From: an uncultured Acetobacteraceae bacterium
GTDB lineage: Bacteria; Pseudomonadota; Alphaproteobacteria; Acetobacterales; Acetobacteraceae
Assembly: GCA_964250215.1 (NCBI GenBank)
Contig: CAXUEX010000001.1
Location: 12,015-74,897 of the forward strand
Direction of reading: 5' to 3'
Length of the DNA: 62,883 nucleotides
Below the pieces are notes generated by a model, which worked only from the letters and a program-made list of their open reading frames with translations, searched no databases and had not been told where the DNA came from. The stretch's first letter is position 1, and the number at the start of each line of letters is the position of its first letter. Positions 1 to 11,240 of the stretch are shown here, piece by piece. The position numbers and the translations under genes are program-made.

Positions 1-126
1 GGCGGCGCATCGGTGGCGCACCCTGCCGCAAAACGGCGTCCATGCGGGTTCCGAGTTGTGACAAAGCGTGGCGGGCGGAGATCGCGCGCGACAAGACCTG
101 TGCCCGCCGCAGCGTGGCGTGGCGGC

Positions 127-1473
127 TCACCCGGTTGCGCGGCGCCGGTCGACGATCTCGGCGGCCTTGCGGCACAGCAAGAGCCATTCCTCGAACGGGA
201 TTTGCCAATCTTTGGGGCGCACCGGGTTCAACACGCTGAGATAGCCGCGCAGCAACCCGTCTTCCGGCCGGCGCACCGACCCCGCAGGGTTCTGCGAATC
301 TGCCTGCTCCACCCAGAGCAGGTCTATCGCACCGTATTCCTGCACCGCGCGCCAGACGCGGCGCACCAGCCCCTCGGCGATTTTCTGCGATGGCTTGAAA
401 ACGAAGATTTTTTCGCCGGCTTCCAGCTCGCCCACGAGCTTGTCGCGCAGGAAGCGCAGGCGGGCGGCGTGTTTCTTCAGATATGTGTCGGGGTCGGTGA
501 CGTCGTCACGCTGGAAGGTGTGGAAAACCTGGCCGAGCGCGTGATCGATGAGCACGTTTTCGCCGCTGGATGTGCGCGACAGGGTCATTTTTTCGGGTTG
601 GCCGAGTTCGGCGAATTTCGAGCCGAGGTATTTTGCCAGCGCGGCGGGCTTGGTGTTGGCCCAGCGCAATAGGCCCAGCGGCTCGGCGCCGAAGCGGCGC
701 TGCACCAGGCCGAGCTCGCAATTCTGGCCGAGGCTTTCGAAGCGCAGCACGAGGTCGCGGGAAGCCGGATCGTCCACCCGGGCGATTTCGGCAATTTCAT
801 GATCCTCGTCTGCCGCCGCTTCGGCCTGCAGCGGCCTGGCGTTTCCGGGCAGGCGCGCGGCGGCCTGGGCGCGCCCCTTGATGGCCAGCGCATCCTGCGG
901 CTCGCGCGCCAGCACGCGGTCCCATCTGGCCAGCGCTTCCGGCCAATCCTGCCGCGCCACCGCGACCTGCGCGGCCTGGCGACAGACGGCAAGATGATCG
1001 GGGAACTTGGCGGCGGTATAGGTGGCCAGGTATTCGGCTGCATCCATGTCGCGCATTTCCAGCAGACATCCGGCTTCGCCGATATAAGGGCCGGGTTGCT
1101 GCGGCCGACTGGTGCGGGCGCGGCGCCAATGTTCCAACGCGCCGGCGAGATCGCCTGCGGCCTGCGCGATGCGGGCGCGCTGCACGGTGAGCGCCGCCGA
1201 GCCGGCGCCGCGCGCGCGGGCCAGCCCGGCTTCGCAAAGGGCGGCGGCTTCCTCGAGCCGCTTCTGCTTGCGCAGGATGTCGCAGGCCTTTGCATACCCG
1301 GCCGGATCGGCCGGATGCGCGCTGCGATGATCGGCGAGCAGGGCAAGCGCGCCGGCCGGATCCTGCCGGACCAGCGCGGCCTCGGCGGCTTCCAACCGGG
1401 AGTTGTGTTCGGGCGCGCTGGCATCCATGGGTGACCGCCTGCCTCGGAAAACCCGTGGTATTGCCCAGGGCAT
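127..1473 (-). CDS. TPR-like repeat protein with uncharacterised C-terminal domain
   Basis: 448-aa ORF. The N-terminal half is Ala/Leu/Arg-rich helical repeats ([32 protein letters not shown]). The C-terminal ~200 aa ([18 protein letters not shown]...) is not assignable by eye. The start may be Met16 (1428). Confidence 0.55.
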   Translation of the reverse strand: MPWAIPRVFRGRRSPMDASAPEHNSRLEAAEAALVRQDPAGALALLADHRSAHPADPAGYAKACDILRKQKRLEEAAALCEAGLARARGAGSAALTVQRARIAQAAGDLAGALEHWRRARTSRPQQPGPYIGEAGCLLEMRDMDAAEYLATYTAAKFPDHLAVCRQAAQVAVARQDWPEALARWDRVLAREPQDALAIKGRAQAAARLPGNARPLQAEAAADEDHEIAEIARVDDPASRDLVLRFESLGQNCELGLVQRRFGAEPLGLLRWANTKPAALAKYLGSKFAELGQPEKMTLSRTSSGENVLIDHALGQVFHTFQRDDVTDPDTYLKKHAARLRFLRDKLVGELEAGEKIFVFKPSQKIAEGLVRRVWRAVQEYGAIDLLWVEQADSQNPAGSVRRPEDGLLRGYLSVLNPVRPKDWQIPFEEWLLLCRKAAEIVDRRRATG

Positions 1474-1560
1474 GGCCGGTTGTCGAGGTTCCCGGTGGCG
1501 TGCAACCGGCGGCTTGCGGCGGTGTTTGTTGATCCCAACCTGTTGGCATGGCGGAGCTTC

Positions 1561-2673
1561 GTGGGATCGATCAGGGTCGCCATCGCGGGCGTCGGCAATT
1601 GCGCCTCCTCATTCGTGCAGGGGCTGCATCATTACGATTCACCGCCAAGCGGCTCGGACGCGCCGGGGCTGATGCACCCCGTGCTGGGCGGCTACCGCGT
1701 GGGCGACATGCACGTGGTTGCGGCGTTTGATGTGGCGCGCGGCAAGGTGGGCGAGGATCTTTCGCAGGCGATCGCGGCGGCGCCGAACAATACCGCGCGT
1801 TTCGCCACGGTGCCGCCGCTGCATGTTCCGGTGCGGCGCGGCCCGACGATGGATGGGCTTGGGCGCTATTTGCGAGACATGGTGGCGGAGAGCGAGGCGC
1901 CCACGGCGGATGTGGCGGCCGAGCTGCGCGCGAGCGGCGCGGAAATCCTGGTGTCCTACCTGCCGGTGGGGGCCGAGCGGGCCACGGCGTGGTATGCCGA
2001 GCAGGCGCTGGCAGCCGGCTGCGGCTTTGTAAACTGCATTCCAGTTTTCATTGCGTCTGACCCGGCATGGCAGGCGCGGTTTGAGGCCGCGGGGCTGCCG
2101 CTGGTGGGCGACGACATCAAGAGCCAGGTGGGTGCCACGATCCTGCACCGGGCGATCGTGAGCCTGTTCCGTGATCGCGGCGTGCGGGTGGATCGCACGT
2201 ATCAGCTTAATTTTGGCGGCAACGCGGATTTTGCCAACATGCTGGAACGCGAGCGGCTGGAATCGAAGAAGCTTTCCAAGACGCGCGCCGTAACGAGCCA
2301 GCTTGGCACGCCGCTGCCCGGCGACTGCGTGCATGTGGGACCGAGCGATCACGTGCCGTGGCTCGCCGACCGCAAATGGGCGCATATTCGCGTGGAGGGC
2401 ACCGGCTTCGGCGACACGCCGATGAGTTGCGAGATCAAGCTGGAGGTTTGGGATTCGCCGAATTCCGCCGGTGTGGTGATCGACGCGGTGCGCTGCGTCA
2501 AACTGGCGCTGGATCGCGGCATCGGTGGCGCGCTGGCGGGCCCTTCCGCCTATTTCATGAAGAGCCCTCCGCGGCAGTATGCCGATCCGGAAGCCTGCGC
2601 GATGACCGAGGAATTCATCCGCGGCGACACGGTAGTGGGATTCACCCGACCGCGCCGCGCTTCCCGAATTTGA
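1561..2673 (+). CDS. ino1: myo-inositol-1-phosphate (inositol-3-phosphate) synthase
   Basis: ORF 1480..2673. [18 protein letters not shown] Rossmann N-terminus, plus the [20 protein letters not shown] and LNFGGNADF motifs of the bacterial/archaeal MIPS family. Start placed at GTG 1561, preceded by GGAG with a 4-nt spacer. Confidence 0.85.
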   Translation: MGSIRVAIAGVGNCASSFVQGLHHYDSPPSGSDAPGLMHPVLGGYRVGDMHVVAAFDVARGKVGEDLSQAIAAAPNNTARFATVPPLHVPVRRGPTMDGLGRYLRDMVAESEAPTADVAAELRASGAEILVSYLPVGAERATAWYAEQALAAGCGFVNCIPVFIASDPAWQARFEAAGLPLVGDDIKSQVGATILHRAIVSLFRDRGVRVDRTYQLNFGGNADFANMLERERLESKKLSKTRAVTSQLGTPLPGDCVHVGPSDHVPWLADRKWAHIRVEGTGFGDTPMSCEIKLEVWDSPNSAGVVIDAVRCVKLALDRGIGGALAGPSAYFMKSPPRQYADPEACAMTEEFIRGDTVVGFTRPRRASRI

Positions 2674-2814
2674 AGAACCGGCGGTTCTCGCGTCCCGCGA
2701 ATTTGTTCTTATAAAACAACTGAAATGGCCAGCTTTCGCAGGCTTCCGGGAAGCTGTCCCATTCAAGCGCCGCGAGCTCGTTTGCTCCCACGTGGTTGCA
2801 GGAAGGTTGGTTCG

Positions 2815-3603
2815 TCAGAGGCGCAGGCCGACGAAGGCGGCGGCATCCCAGGATTGGAAAGGGGTTTCTCCGCATACCCGCAGCGCCAGGCCGTGCCGAG
2901 TGCTCCAGTGCCGGAAATCCCGGCAATCCTGCGCCGGATCACCGCGGTAGCTGAAATTCAGCACCGCCAGGGCGCCCCCTGGCCGCAGCACGCGCGCGGC
3001 TTCGGCGATATGGCGGTCTGCGAGTTCGGGGCTGGTGAGAAAAAAATACGGGAAGCAATCCACGGCTAGCACGAGATCGACGGATTGTTCGCGGAAACAG
3101 GCGAGATCAAAACCGGTGTGGCGTATGAAGGCGCCCTGCGGCAGGCGTTTGCGGGCTGCGCGCAACATGCCGGCCGAAATGTCGGCGCCTGCCACGAACG
3201 CGGCTTGGTCGCGCAGCGCTGCCGTCATGCGACCGATGCCGCAACCCAGATCGAGCACGGTGAATGCCGGTCGCACGAATTGTCGCTGGCGCAACCACAC
3301 GGCAATTTCGGCGCTGGCGGCAGCGAGGCTCACGGGATCGCCTAGGCTGTAGAGCGCGACGCCGGCTTCGGCCGAGACCGCGGCGGCGCGATCGAACGCG
3401 GCGGCGAAATCGGCGGGCGTGGCACAGGCCACATGATCGATGCGGGCGGCATCGAGCATGGCGCGAAGGCGTGGCAGTTGCGGCGCGTGGCGGAGGAGAG
3501 CGGCGCGCATTTCCGGATCCGGATCATCGGCGAGTGAAGCGGCAATGGCTTGTGGCGTTTTTCCGGCAAGCAGCATCTGCGCCAAGCGGAGTTCCGGTTT
3601 CAT
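2815..3603 (-). CDS. class I SAM-dependent methyltransferase
   Basis: VLDLGCGIGRMTAAL SAM-binding motif I and a downstream acidic loop (GADIS). ATG 3603 overlaps the upstream stop as ATGA. Confidence 0.75.
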   Translation of the reverse strand: MKPELRLAQMLLAGKTPQAIAASLADDPDPEMRAALLRHAPQLPRLRAMLDAARIDHVACATPADFAAAFDRAAAVSAEAGVALYSLGDPVSLAAASAEIAVWLRQRQFVRPAFTVLDLGCGIGRMTAALRDQAAFVAGADISAGMLRAARKRLPQGAFIRHTGFDLACFREQSVDLVLAVDCFPYFFLTSPELADRHIAEAARVLRPGGALAVLNFSYRGDPAQDCRDFRHWSTRHGLALRVCGETPFQSWDAAAFVGLRL

Positions 3604-4565
3604 GCGATGCGGCGGAAGCTCGCGCCGCAATTGTGACGGTCGGTTGCGCCCCAGGCATATTTATAGGCTTCGCCGCCGCGCAGAAAGTGCGCTTCGCTGC
3701 GGCCCTCGGCGGCGGCTTCGGCAAGCAGATGCGATAGCAGAATGGTTCCGGGGCTTTCGAAACGCGCCTCGGCCGCGAAGCCGCTGAGATACAGATAGAC
3801 GCGCGTTTCTCCGAGCAGGGCGTGGATGGCGGCGGCTTCGCGCTGCCGCAGTTCGAGAATTGCCAGACGCAAATGGCCGGCGTGCAGCAGCCCGGGCGCG
3901 GCGTGCCGGTGGAATTGCTGCACCTTGGCGTCCGCGAGCACGCCGGTTTCGCCGCTGCAGTGCCAGCGTTCGGTGTGCAATCGGATCAGGACTCGCACAT
4001 CGCTGGCGAGCGTATCCATCGTGCCGAGGCGGATGTGGAAGCCGCCGGCGCGTGCGGCGCGGTTGCGCGCCTGGCGGATGTCACGGTTCATGCCGGCGGG
4101 AATGGCGGGCGCCGGGTTCAGGCGCAGCACGGGGCAGGGCGGTCCGGGCCAGATTTCCCGGCGCCAGCCAGCAGGCGCGGTAGCGGCAAGCAGCGCGGCT
4201 TCAGGCGGCAGTTCCGGCAGATCGCATTGTGGCACCGGGCAGGCCTGCAGCGCCCCATGCAGCAGATGGCTCGCGGCATCTTCCGGCGCGCTGGGGGCGA
4301 TCAGCGCGTCGAAATAGTCGCTGATGCCGACGCCCATTGGCAGCAGCTTGTTTTTTAAGCAATACAAAGGCAGCAGGCCGCGCAGTTCTTCGCCCGAACA
4401 CAGCAGGGCAACGACCGGCGCGCCGGTGCCGAAGGCGGCCCACCAGGGGCGCAGCCAGGATGGAGCAAGAAAGGGCAGTGCTTCGGGAACGCGGCGCCAG
4501 AGGTCTTCCCATTGGGGCCAGAGTGCGGCGAGCGCTGCATCGCTCGTGATCAGGTTCAGCCGCAT
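3600..4565 (-). CDS. GNAT-fold acyltransferase, CelD/BioF2/FemAB-like
   Basis: This is the C-terminal 321 aa of track ORF 3600..5441, starting at MRLNLITSD. The ...YLYLSGFAAE...ESPGTILL...FLRGGEAYKYAWG signature is typical of the CelD-like Acetyltransf_6 family. The upstream part of the track ORF overlaps the GT4 gene in another frame. Confidence 0.7.
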   Translation of the reverse strand: MRLNLITSDAALAALWPQWEDLWRRVPEALPFLAPSWLRPWWAAFGTGAPVVALLCSGEELRGLLPLYCLKNKLLPMGVGISDYFDALIAPSAPEDAASHLLHGALQACPVPQCDLPELPPEAALLAATAPAGWRREIWPGPPCPVLRLNPAPAIPAGMNRDIRQARNRAARAGGFHIRLGTMDTLASDVRVLIRLHTERWHCSGETGVLADAKVQQFHRHAAPGLLHAGHLRLAILELRQREAAAIHALLGETRVYLYLSGFAAEARFESPGTILLSHLLAEAAAEGRSEAHFLRGGEAYKYAWGATDRHNCGASFRRIA

Positions 4566-5581
4566 GGCAGCAGACGACGATACAGTTGCAGATAAGCATC
4601 GGTCATCCGGCCGGCCGAAAACCGGCTGCGCGCCGCATCGCGGCAGGTAGCGGGATCGATGCCGCCGCAGGCCACGATGGCTTCCGCCATTTCGATGACG
4701 TTCCGCGCCAGAAAGCCGGTGCGGCCGTGCTCGATGATTTCCGGCAGCGCGCCACGGGCAAATGCGACAACGGGGGTGCCGCAGGCCAGCGCCTCCATTG
4801 CGACTAGGGAACTCGTCTCCGGTGCCAAGCATGGCACCAGCAGGCATCTGGCGGAGGCGAGCCAGCGGCGCTTTCGAGAGAAGCCGAGTGCGCCGAGAAA
4901 GCGTCGGCGCGCATCGAGACGCGGCTGCACCTCGTTGGCAAAATAGGCTTCGTGTTCGGGATACGGAAACACCGTGCCACCCAGCAGTAGCGGAACATCG
5001 GCCATGTGCGCCGCCTGCAACGCCAGATGCTGGCCTTTTTCCGGGCAGATGCGGCCGAGCATCAGGGCGTGGCCGCGCCTGGCGTGCCGTGGCGATGCGA
5101 GCGCGTTCACATCCACTCCATTGGCGATCGGCGGTAGCAGGTTCGGCGTTGCCGGGCAGCGCGTATGTTGCGATAAAGAAACACAGTGCAACCAGGTGCT
5201 CGGGCGCGGAGAAGCAAATATCTCGGGTGCATACCATTCTGGCGGCAAATGTAGCGTGGTGAGCACGGGTTTGCCGCTGGCTGGCAGATACGCGGGAAAA
5301 TCGAGGCCGTGAAGATGCACAAGATCGGCCTGGTCTAGATTTGCCGTAATCGCGCGTGCGGTTTCTTGTTGCGCGACCTTTCGGGCTTCGGGGTGGGTTC
5401 CGGCAACCACCGGGATTGGTCGCAGTTCGCCGGCCACGCATGAATCGGCCCGGGCCACGACGATGGAGCGGTGGCCCGTGCGCACCAGTGCGAGATCGAT
5501 GGCGGCGAGGATCTGCTCGGCGCCACCCACCGCATCCCGGCTTACGGGTGCGAGCGGGTAGGCGACCGAAAGGATGTTCAC
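4556..5581 (-). CDS. glycosyltransferase family 4 (GT-B, GT1-type domain)
   Basis: Starts at GTG 5581 (VNILSVAYPL..GGAEQ). The C-terminal region ...GRICPEKG...PETSSLVAMEALACGTPVVAF..GALPEII..G.TGFL contains the E-x7-E region. GTGA overlap with the upstream stop. Confidence 0.8.
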   Translation of the reverse strand: MNILSVAYPLAPVSRDAVGGAEQILAAIDLALVRTGHRSIVVARADSCVAGELRPIPVVAGTHPEARKVAQQETARAITANLDQADLVHLHGLDFPAYLPASGKPVLTTLHLPPEWYAPEIFASPRPSTWLHCVSLSQHTRCPATPNLLPPIANGVDVNALASPRHARRGHALMLGRICPEKGQHLALQAAHMADVPLLLGGTVFPYPEHEAYFANEVQPRLDARRRFLGALGFSRKRRWLASARCLLVPCLAPETSSLVAMEALACGTPVVAFARGALPEIIEHGRTGFLARNVIEMAEAIVACGGIDPATCRDAARSRFSAGRMTDAYLQLYRRLLPCG

Positions 5582-6498
5582 GGCACAGCGGCCAACTCCG
5601 CCGGCGCGATGGCGCCTGCGTAGCGCCGCACCATGACGGCGCAGAAATCGGCGAAGGCCTCCGGCTCGCGCGGCGGGGACGTGTGGTGCGGCAAAATCCC
5701 GTCTTCTTCCGGCGTGAAGCAGAAGGTCACGGTGACGCGAAATTGTTCCAGAGCGGCGATCATGCAGTCGAACCAGGCGAGTGCGCCAGGACGCTTGAAA
5801 TCGGCCCAGCTCAGACCGGTGCGCAGGTAGATAACGCCGAGCTCGCGCATGCATCGCACCGCATCTTCCAGGCGATGGTCCTGGAAGTGGAACCATTGGC
5901 AGATGCCGAGTTCTGGCGTGAATTCATGGAAAATGCGGGCGGCGCGTTTCGGGCGGCCGTGTTCGTTATATAAACCCATGTGGAAGTGCCGGTAATAGGC
6001 AGAGCCTTCCGCTTCGCGGTGCCGGGTGGTGGCGGGCCAGGCGGATGGCAGATCAAACAGGCTGTACCAGTGGAGCCGAGGTGCTTGGCCGTGCAGCAGT
6101 TCGAAGCTGCGGCGCAGACCCCATTCCTGCACTTCCTCGGCGCCGAAACTGGAGATGCCCAGTTCGGAAACCCAGACGGGCAGGTCCGTGGCGGCAGCGA
6201 TGGTTTGCAGCTTGGCTGGCCATTCGTCGATCAACCAATGATTCCAGTCGAGCGGGAAGCCGTGCACGGCCACCGCATCCACTTCGTCGAGGCCGCCCTG
6301 CGCCGCGAGCCCATGCAGGAAACCCGGATCGATCGGCGACATGCCGCCCATGACGCGCTTAAGGCCGGGGGCTTCCGTGCCGATCGCGGCGCCGGCCAGT
6401 TTTGCGAGACGCGCGAAATGCTTCCAGCCCGGATCGGCTTCCAAATCCCAATGCGATTTGTTGTTCGGCTCGTTCCAGATCATTGCCGCTTCGATCAT
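5578..6498 (-). CDS. clan GH-A (beta-xylosidase/GH39/GH5-like) glycoside hydrolase-like protein, apparently circularly permuted
   Basis: Contains IWNEPNN (acid/base strand) at residues 7-13 and VWVSELG (nucleophile strand) mid-protein. The segment that normally precedes NEP (LGVIYLRTGLSWADF..., FRVTVTFCFTPEE, PEAFADFCAVMVRRYAG) lies at the C-terminus. Confidence 0.6.
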   Translation of the reverse strand: MIEAAMIWNEPNNKSHWDLEADPGWKHFARLAKLAGAAIGTEAPGLKRVMGGMSPIDPGFLHGLAAQGGLDEVDAVAVHGFPLDWNHWLIDEWPAKLQTIAAATDLPVWVSELGISSFGAEEVQEWGLRRSFELLHGQAPRLHWYSLFDLPSAWPATTRHREAEGSAYYRHFHMGLYNEHGRPKRAARIFHEFTPELGICQWFHFQDHRLEDAVRCMRELGVIYLRTGLSWADFKRPGALAWFDCMIAALEQFRVTVTFCFTPEEDGILPHHTSPPREPEAFADFCAVMVRRYAGAIAPAELAAVP

Positions 6499-7265
6499 GC
6501 CGGCTTCTTTCCTTGGGCTGGATAAACCGGGCCATACTCGGGATCGGTCCGGCTTGCGCGACGGCAGAGATAGGTTTCCTCCTCTGGCCGAGATAGAATA
6601 TCAAAGCCGGCGCTGCGCAGCATAGCTTGCGTGCATGCGCGGTTCGGCAACCACCAGTTCGTCGGGTCGTGCGAATAGCTGCGCTCGATGAAGTGCATTC
6701 GGGGAAAGCCTGAGTCTTCGAAAATCGTGGTTTCCGTGAACGGATAATCGGGCGCGAGCGCAGTCACTTCAGTGTGGCCGCGCTGCAGGGTTTGGAACAC
6801 CAGAAGATCACGTGCGACGTGTTCGTGTACCAAATCCAGCGCCAGCAAGGGGTGGCGGAGATGATAAAACACGCCGATAAAAAAAACGATATCGAAAGTT
6901 TCCCCCAGAGCGGCGACATCATAGACAGAAAGCCGGCGAAATTCGATGGAGAGCCCTTCCACTTGCGCTGCGAAGCGCGCCTGAGCGAGGTAATCTTCAT
7001 CGTGGTCGATCGCCACCACGCGATCGGCGCCGCGGCGCTTCATCTCCAGGCTGAAGAAGCCGCCATTGCACCCGATATCCAATACGGTGCGGCCGCGCAA
7101 ATCGGCCGGCAACGCACCGGCGTAACGAGAGAATTTGACCGCAGGGTAATTGCCCAGAAAATGCTCGGGTGCCGTCCACACGCCGCCCAGGCACATGTTG
7201 TGAAACCACGGGCCCAGCGCGCGGATGCGGTTGCGCAGTTCGTCAGGCGGTAGCTCGGCGTCCAT
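6495..7265 (-). CDS. SAM-dependent methyltransferase (DUF1698/CmoB-like type)
   Basis: Starts at MDAELPP (Met46 of track ORF 6495..7400). RTVLDIGCNGGFFSLEM motif I, VVAIDHD motif II and FDIVFFIGVFYHLRHP. ATGA overlap with the downstream GH gene. Confidence 0.75.
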   Translation of the reverse strand: MDAELPPDELRNRIRALGPWFHNMCLGGVWTAPEHFLGNYPAVKFSRYAGALPADLRGRTVLDIGCNGGFFSLEMKRRGADRVVAIDHDEDYLAQARFAAQVEGLSIEFRRLSVYDVAALGETFDIVFFIGVFYHLRHPLLALDLVHEHVARDLLVFQTLQRGHTEVTALAPDYPFTETTIFEDSGFPRMHFIERSYSHDPTNWWLPNRACTQAMLRSAGFDILSRPEEETYLCRRASRTDPEYGPVYPAQGKKPA

Positions 7266-8025
7266 CGCGGCCTCGCGTTTGTGGCGCGCGCGGCGGTGCG
7301 GCGCGGGATTGCAGGATGCGGATGGCCTCGCGATAGCCGCCGATTGTGCCCACGTCCACATAGTGCTCGCCGGCCGGCACGCCGATTGCTTCTCCGCCAC
7401 TGGCGATCCAGGCGTTGATCAGCGTGCCGAGATATTCGTCGCGCCGACCGCGTGCCTGCCAGAGCCCATGCAAATCATGCAGCACGCTTCCGGTCATGCG
7501 AATTGCACCCCAAATCCAGCTTGAACGAGGGTGGCGCGTTTTCACTTCGATCTCCTGCACACGACCTTCTGTGTCGGTGATGACCGCATCGAACAACTCC
7601 GGCCGATTGACCTCGAACAGCAGAAAGGCCAGGCAGTGCTGCGGCAGTTCCGCGAGCGCATTTTCCGGAAACCACACCGTATCGGGCAGGCCGATCAGCA
7701 CGGATTCCGTCGCGTGGATCAGCGGCAATGCGCAGAAGATGGCATCGCACAATCCGCTAGCCTGCGATTGCACCACATAGGCCAGATCCATGCCGGCCAC
7801 GGAACTGCCGTAATATTGCAGGATGTCGGATTTCCACGGCGAGATCACGAAACAGATTTTCGTGGCGCCTGCAAGGGCCATGCGGTCGATGAGGTATTCG
7901 CTCACGGCGCGTGGGCGTTCGATGCCGTGTTCGTCGATGCGCGAACCAACTGGCAGCAGCTCTTTGGAAAAAGCGAGCGGCTGAATGCGCATTGCATTGC
8001 CAGCGGCCGGCACGATGCCCCACAT
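7243..8025 (-). CDS. sugar-1-phosphate nucleotidyltransferase (RmlA/GalU-like fold)
   Basis: N-terminal MWGIVPAAGNAMRIQPLAFSKELLPV matches the G-x-G-x-R-x-P-x-x-K-x-L signature of NTP_transferase proteins. Its start overlaps the upstream stop by 1 nt (TGATG). Confidence 0.75.
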   Translation of the reverse strand: MWGIVPAAGNAMRIQPLAFSKELLPVGSRIDEHGIERPRAVSEYLIDRMALAGATKICFVISPWKSDILQYYGSSVAGMDLAYVVQSQASGLCDAIFCALPLIHATESVLIGLPDTVWFPENALAELPQHCLAFLLFEVNRPELFDAVITDTEGRVQEIEVKTRHPRSSWIWGAIRMTGSVLHDLHGLWQARGRRDEYLGTLINAWIASGGEAIGVPAGEHYVDVGTIGGYREAIRILQSRAAPPRAPQTRGRDGRRATA

Positions 8026-9107
8026 CAGGCGGTCTCCGCCAATTGTGGCGAACGCGCTGCCTGGAAGGCCGCAACCATTTCGGCCGCGCGGCGTGCAGCC
8101 GTGTGCTGCGACAGCACGCGCTCGCGAGCGCGGTTCGCGATCCGGCGCAGTTCGGCATCATCCATTTGGAGCACGGCGAGGGTGTCGGCGGCGCTGCTTA
8201 CCGGCAGGATCTCCTCGTTCGGCGTGAAGAATTCGGCGAGGCCCGGCCAGTCGTCGGTGGCAATCGGCACCGCGCAGGCGGCGGCTTCGAACAGCCGGCC
8301 GGAGGGGCACCATCCCATTTCGGCCATCGCGGCGCGCGTGACGTTCAGCGTTATGCGGGACGATGCGTAGAACGCCGGATGTTCGGACACAGGCAAGTGC
8401 CGCACGAAGAAGATGTTGGGTGCCCAGGGAAAATCCGCGGGATATTGCGCGCCGCCGATGGCGAAGCGCAGGCCGGGTTGCATTTGCGCAGGCCGCACCA
8501 ACAGGCGTCGCAGCGCCATTTGGCGGTCGCTTGCATAGGTGCCGAGGTAGGACATTGCCGCTCGATACTGCGGCGCGGGTTGGCCGGGGCGATGCACATT
8601 CGAATCGACCCAGCCGTAAAGCGGCATGGCACGCGGGGCGCCGAGCTTGCGCAGGGCCGGCAGCGCCGGACCGCCTGCATAACTCAGGACGATATCGAAT
8701 CCGGAAAATCCGTCAGGGCCGATGTAGTCCACGCGCTCTCCTGCCTTGAGTCGCGCGAGCGTGACGGGGGTATCGAGATCGTAGAAGCAGCGTATTCCGG
8801 CCCGGGATTCGTGGATGACGCGCGCTGCGGCAAGAGCATCCGGGCAATACGAAGTGACGATGGCTGCGTCGGCCGTATCGGCTTCGCGGCGCGCTTCCGT
8901 TTCGTTCCATTCGCGGTAGAGCGCCAGCCGGCCGCCGCCGGGCAAGGCGAAAAGATCACGGTTTTCGGCATAATACGGGACGTCGCGTTCAAAGAACGTC
9001 ACGTGATGGCCTGCCGCATGCAAGGCCCGAATCAGGCCGCGCCATAGGGAAGCGTGGCCGTTGCCCCAGGAGGAGCTGACGGCCAAGCCGAAGATTACGA
9101 GTCTCAT
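8025..9107 (-). CDS. CgeB-like glycosyltransferase (Glyco_trans_1_2-type C-terminus)
   Basis: 360 aa. MRLVIFGLAVSSSWGNGHASLWRGL..L...GH.V.FFERD N-terminus and YASSRITLNVTR...GWCPSGRLFEAAAC C-terminal region, as seen in CgeB-family proteins. Confidence 0.7.
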   Translation of the reverse strand: MRLVIFGLAVSSSWGNGHASLWRGLIRALHAAGHHVTFFERDVPYYAENRDLFALPGGGRLALYREWNETEARREADTADAAIVTSYCPDALAAARVIHESRAGIRCFYDLDTPVTLARLKAGERVDYIGPDGFSGFDIVLSYAGGPALPALRKLGAPRAMPLYGWVDSNVHRPGQPAPQYRAAMSYLGTYASDRQMALRRLLVRPAQMQPGLRFAIGGAQYPADFPWAPNIFFVRHLPVSEHPAFYASSRITLNVTRAAMAEMGWCPSGRLFEAAACAVPIATDDWPGLAEFFTPNEEILPVSSAADTLAVLQMDDAELRRIANRARERVLSQHTAARRAAEMVAAFQAARSPQLAETA

Positions 9108-9188
9108 GCTGCCTGCATCGCGGGTTCAGCCCTTCCGCGCCGGCCAACGTTTGAAGGTTGCGCGGGTTGCGGGATCGCGGCAGCGCGA

Positions 9189-11123
<1,935 letters not shown>

Positions 11124-11240
11124 GCGCCCTGCCTCCCAGTTGGCAGCCGAGACTAGCCGGAGTGCGGGCGGAGGGCCAGCATCGGCCGGATGCCGGGCGC
11201 GGCGATGCTGCCGCACCCGGCATTGGGCGGACCCGCTGGT

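Noticed and set aside
1-43. Possible 5' end of a minus-strand gene (ATG at 43 reading MDAVLRQGAPPMRR toward the window edge)
   Set aside because: Only 14 codons are visible, there is no convincing ribosome-binding site and no recognisable motif, so the call cannot be supported.
4566-5441. N-terminal 292 aa of track ORF 3600..5441; similar 5' extensions at 28599..30407, 44037..44864, 44065..45663, 54113..55039 and 57053..58165
   Set aside because: Each extension overlaps the neighbouring real gene in another frame. Internal starts give proteins of canonical length with ATGA/GTGA coupling or Shine-Dalgarno sites, so the genes were trimmed.
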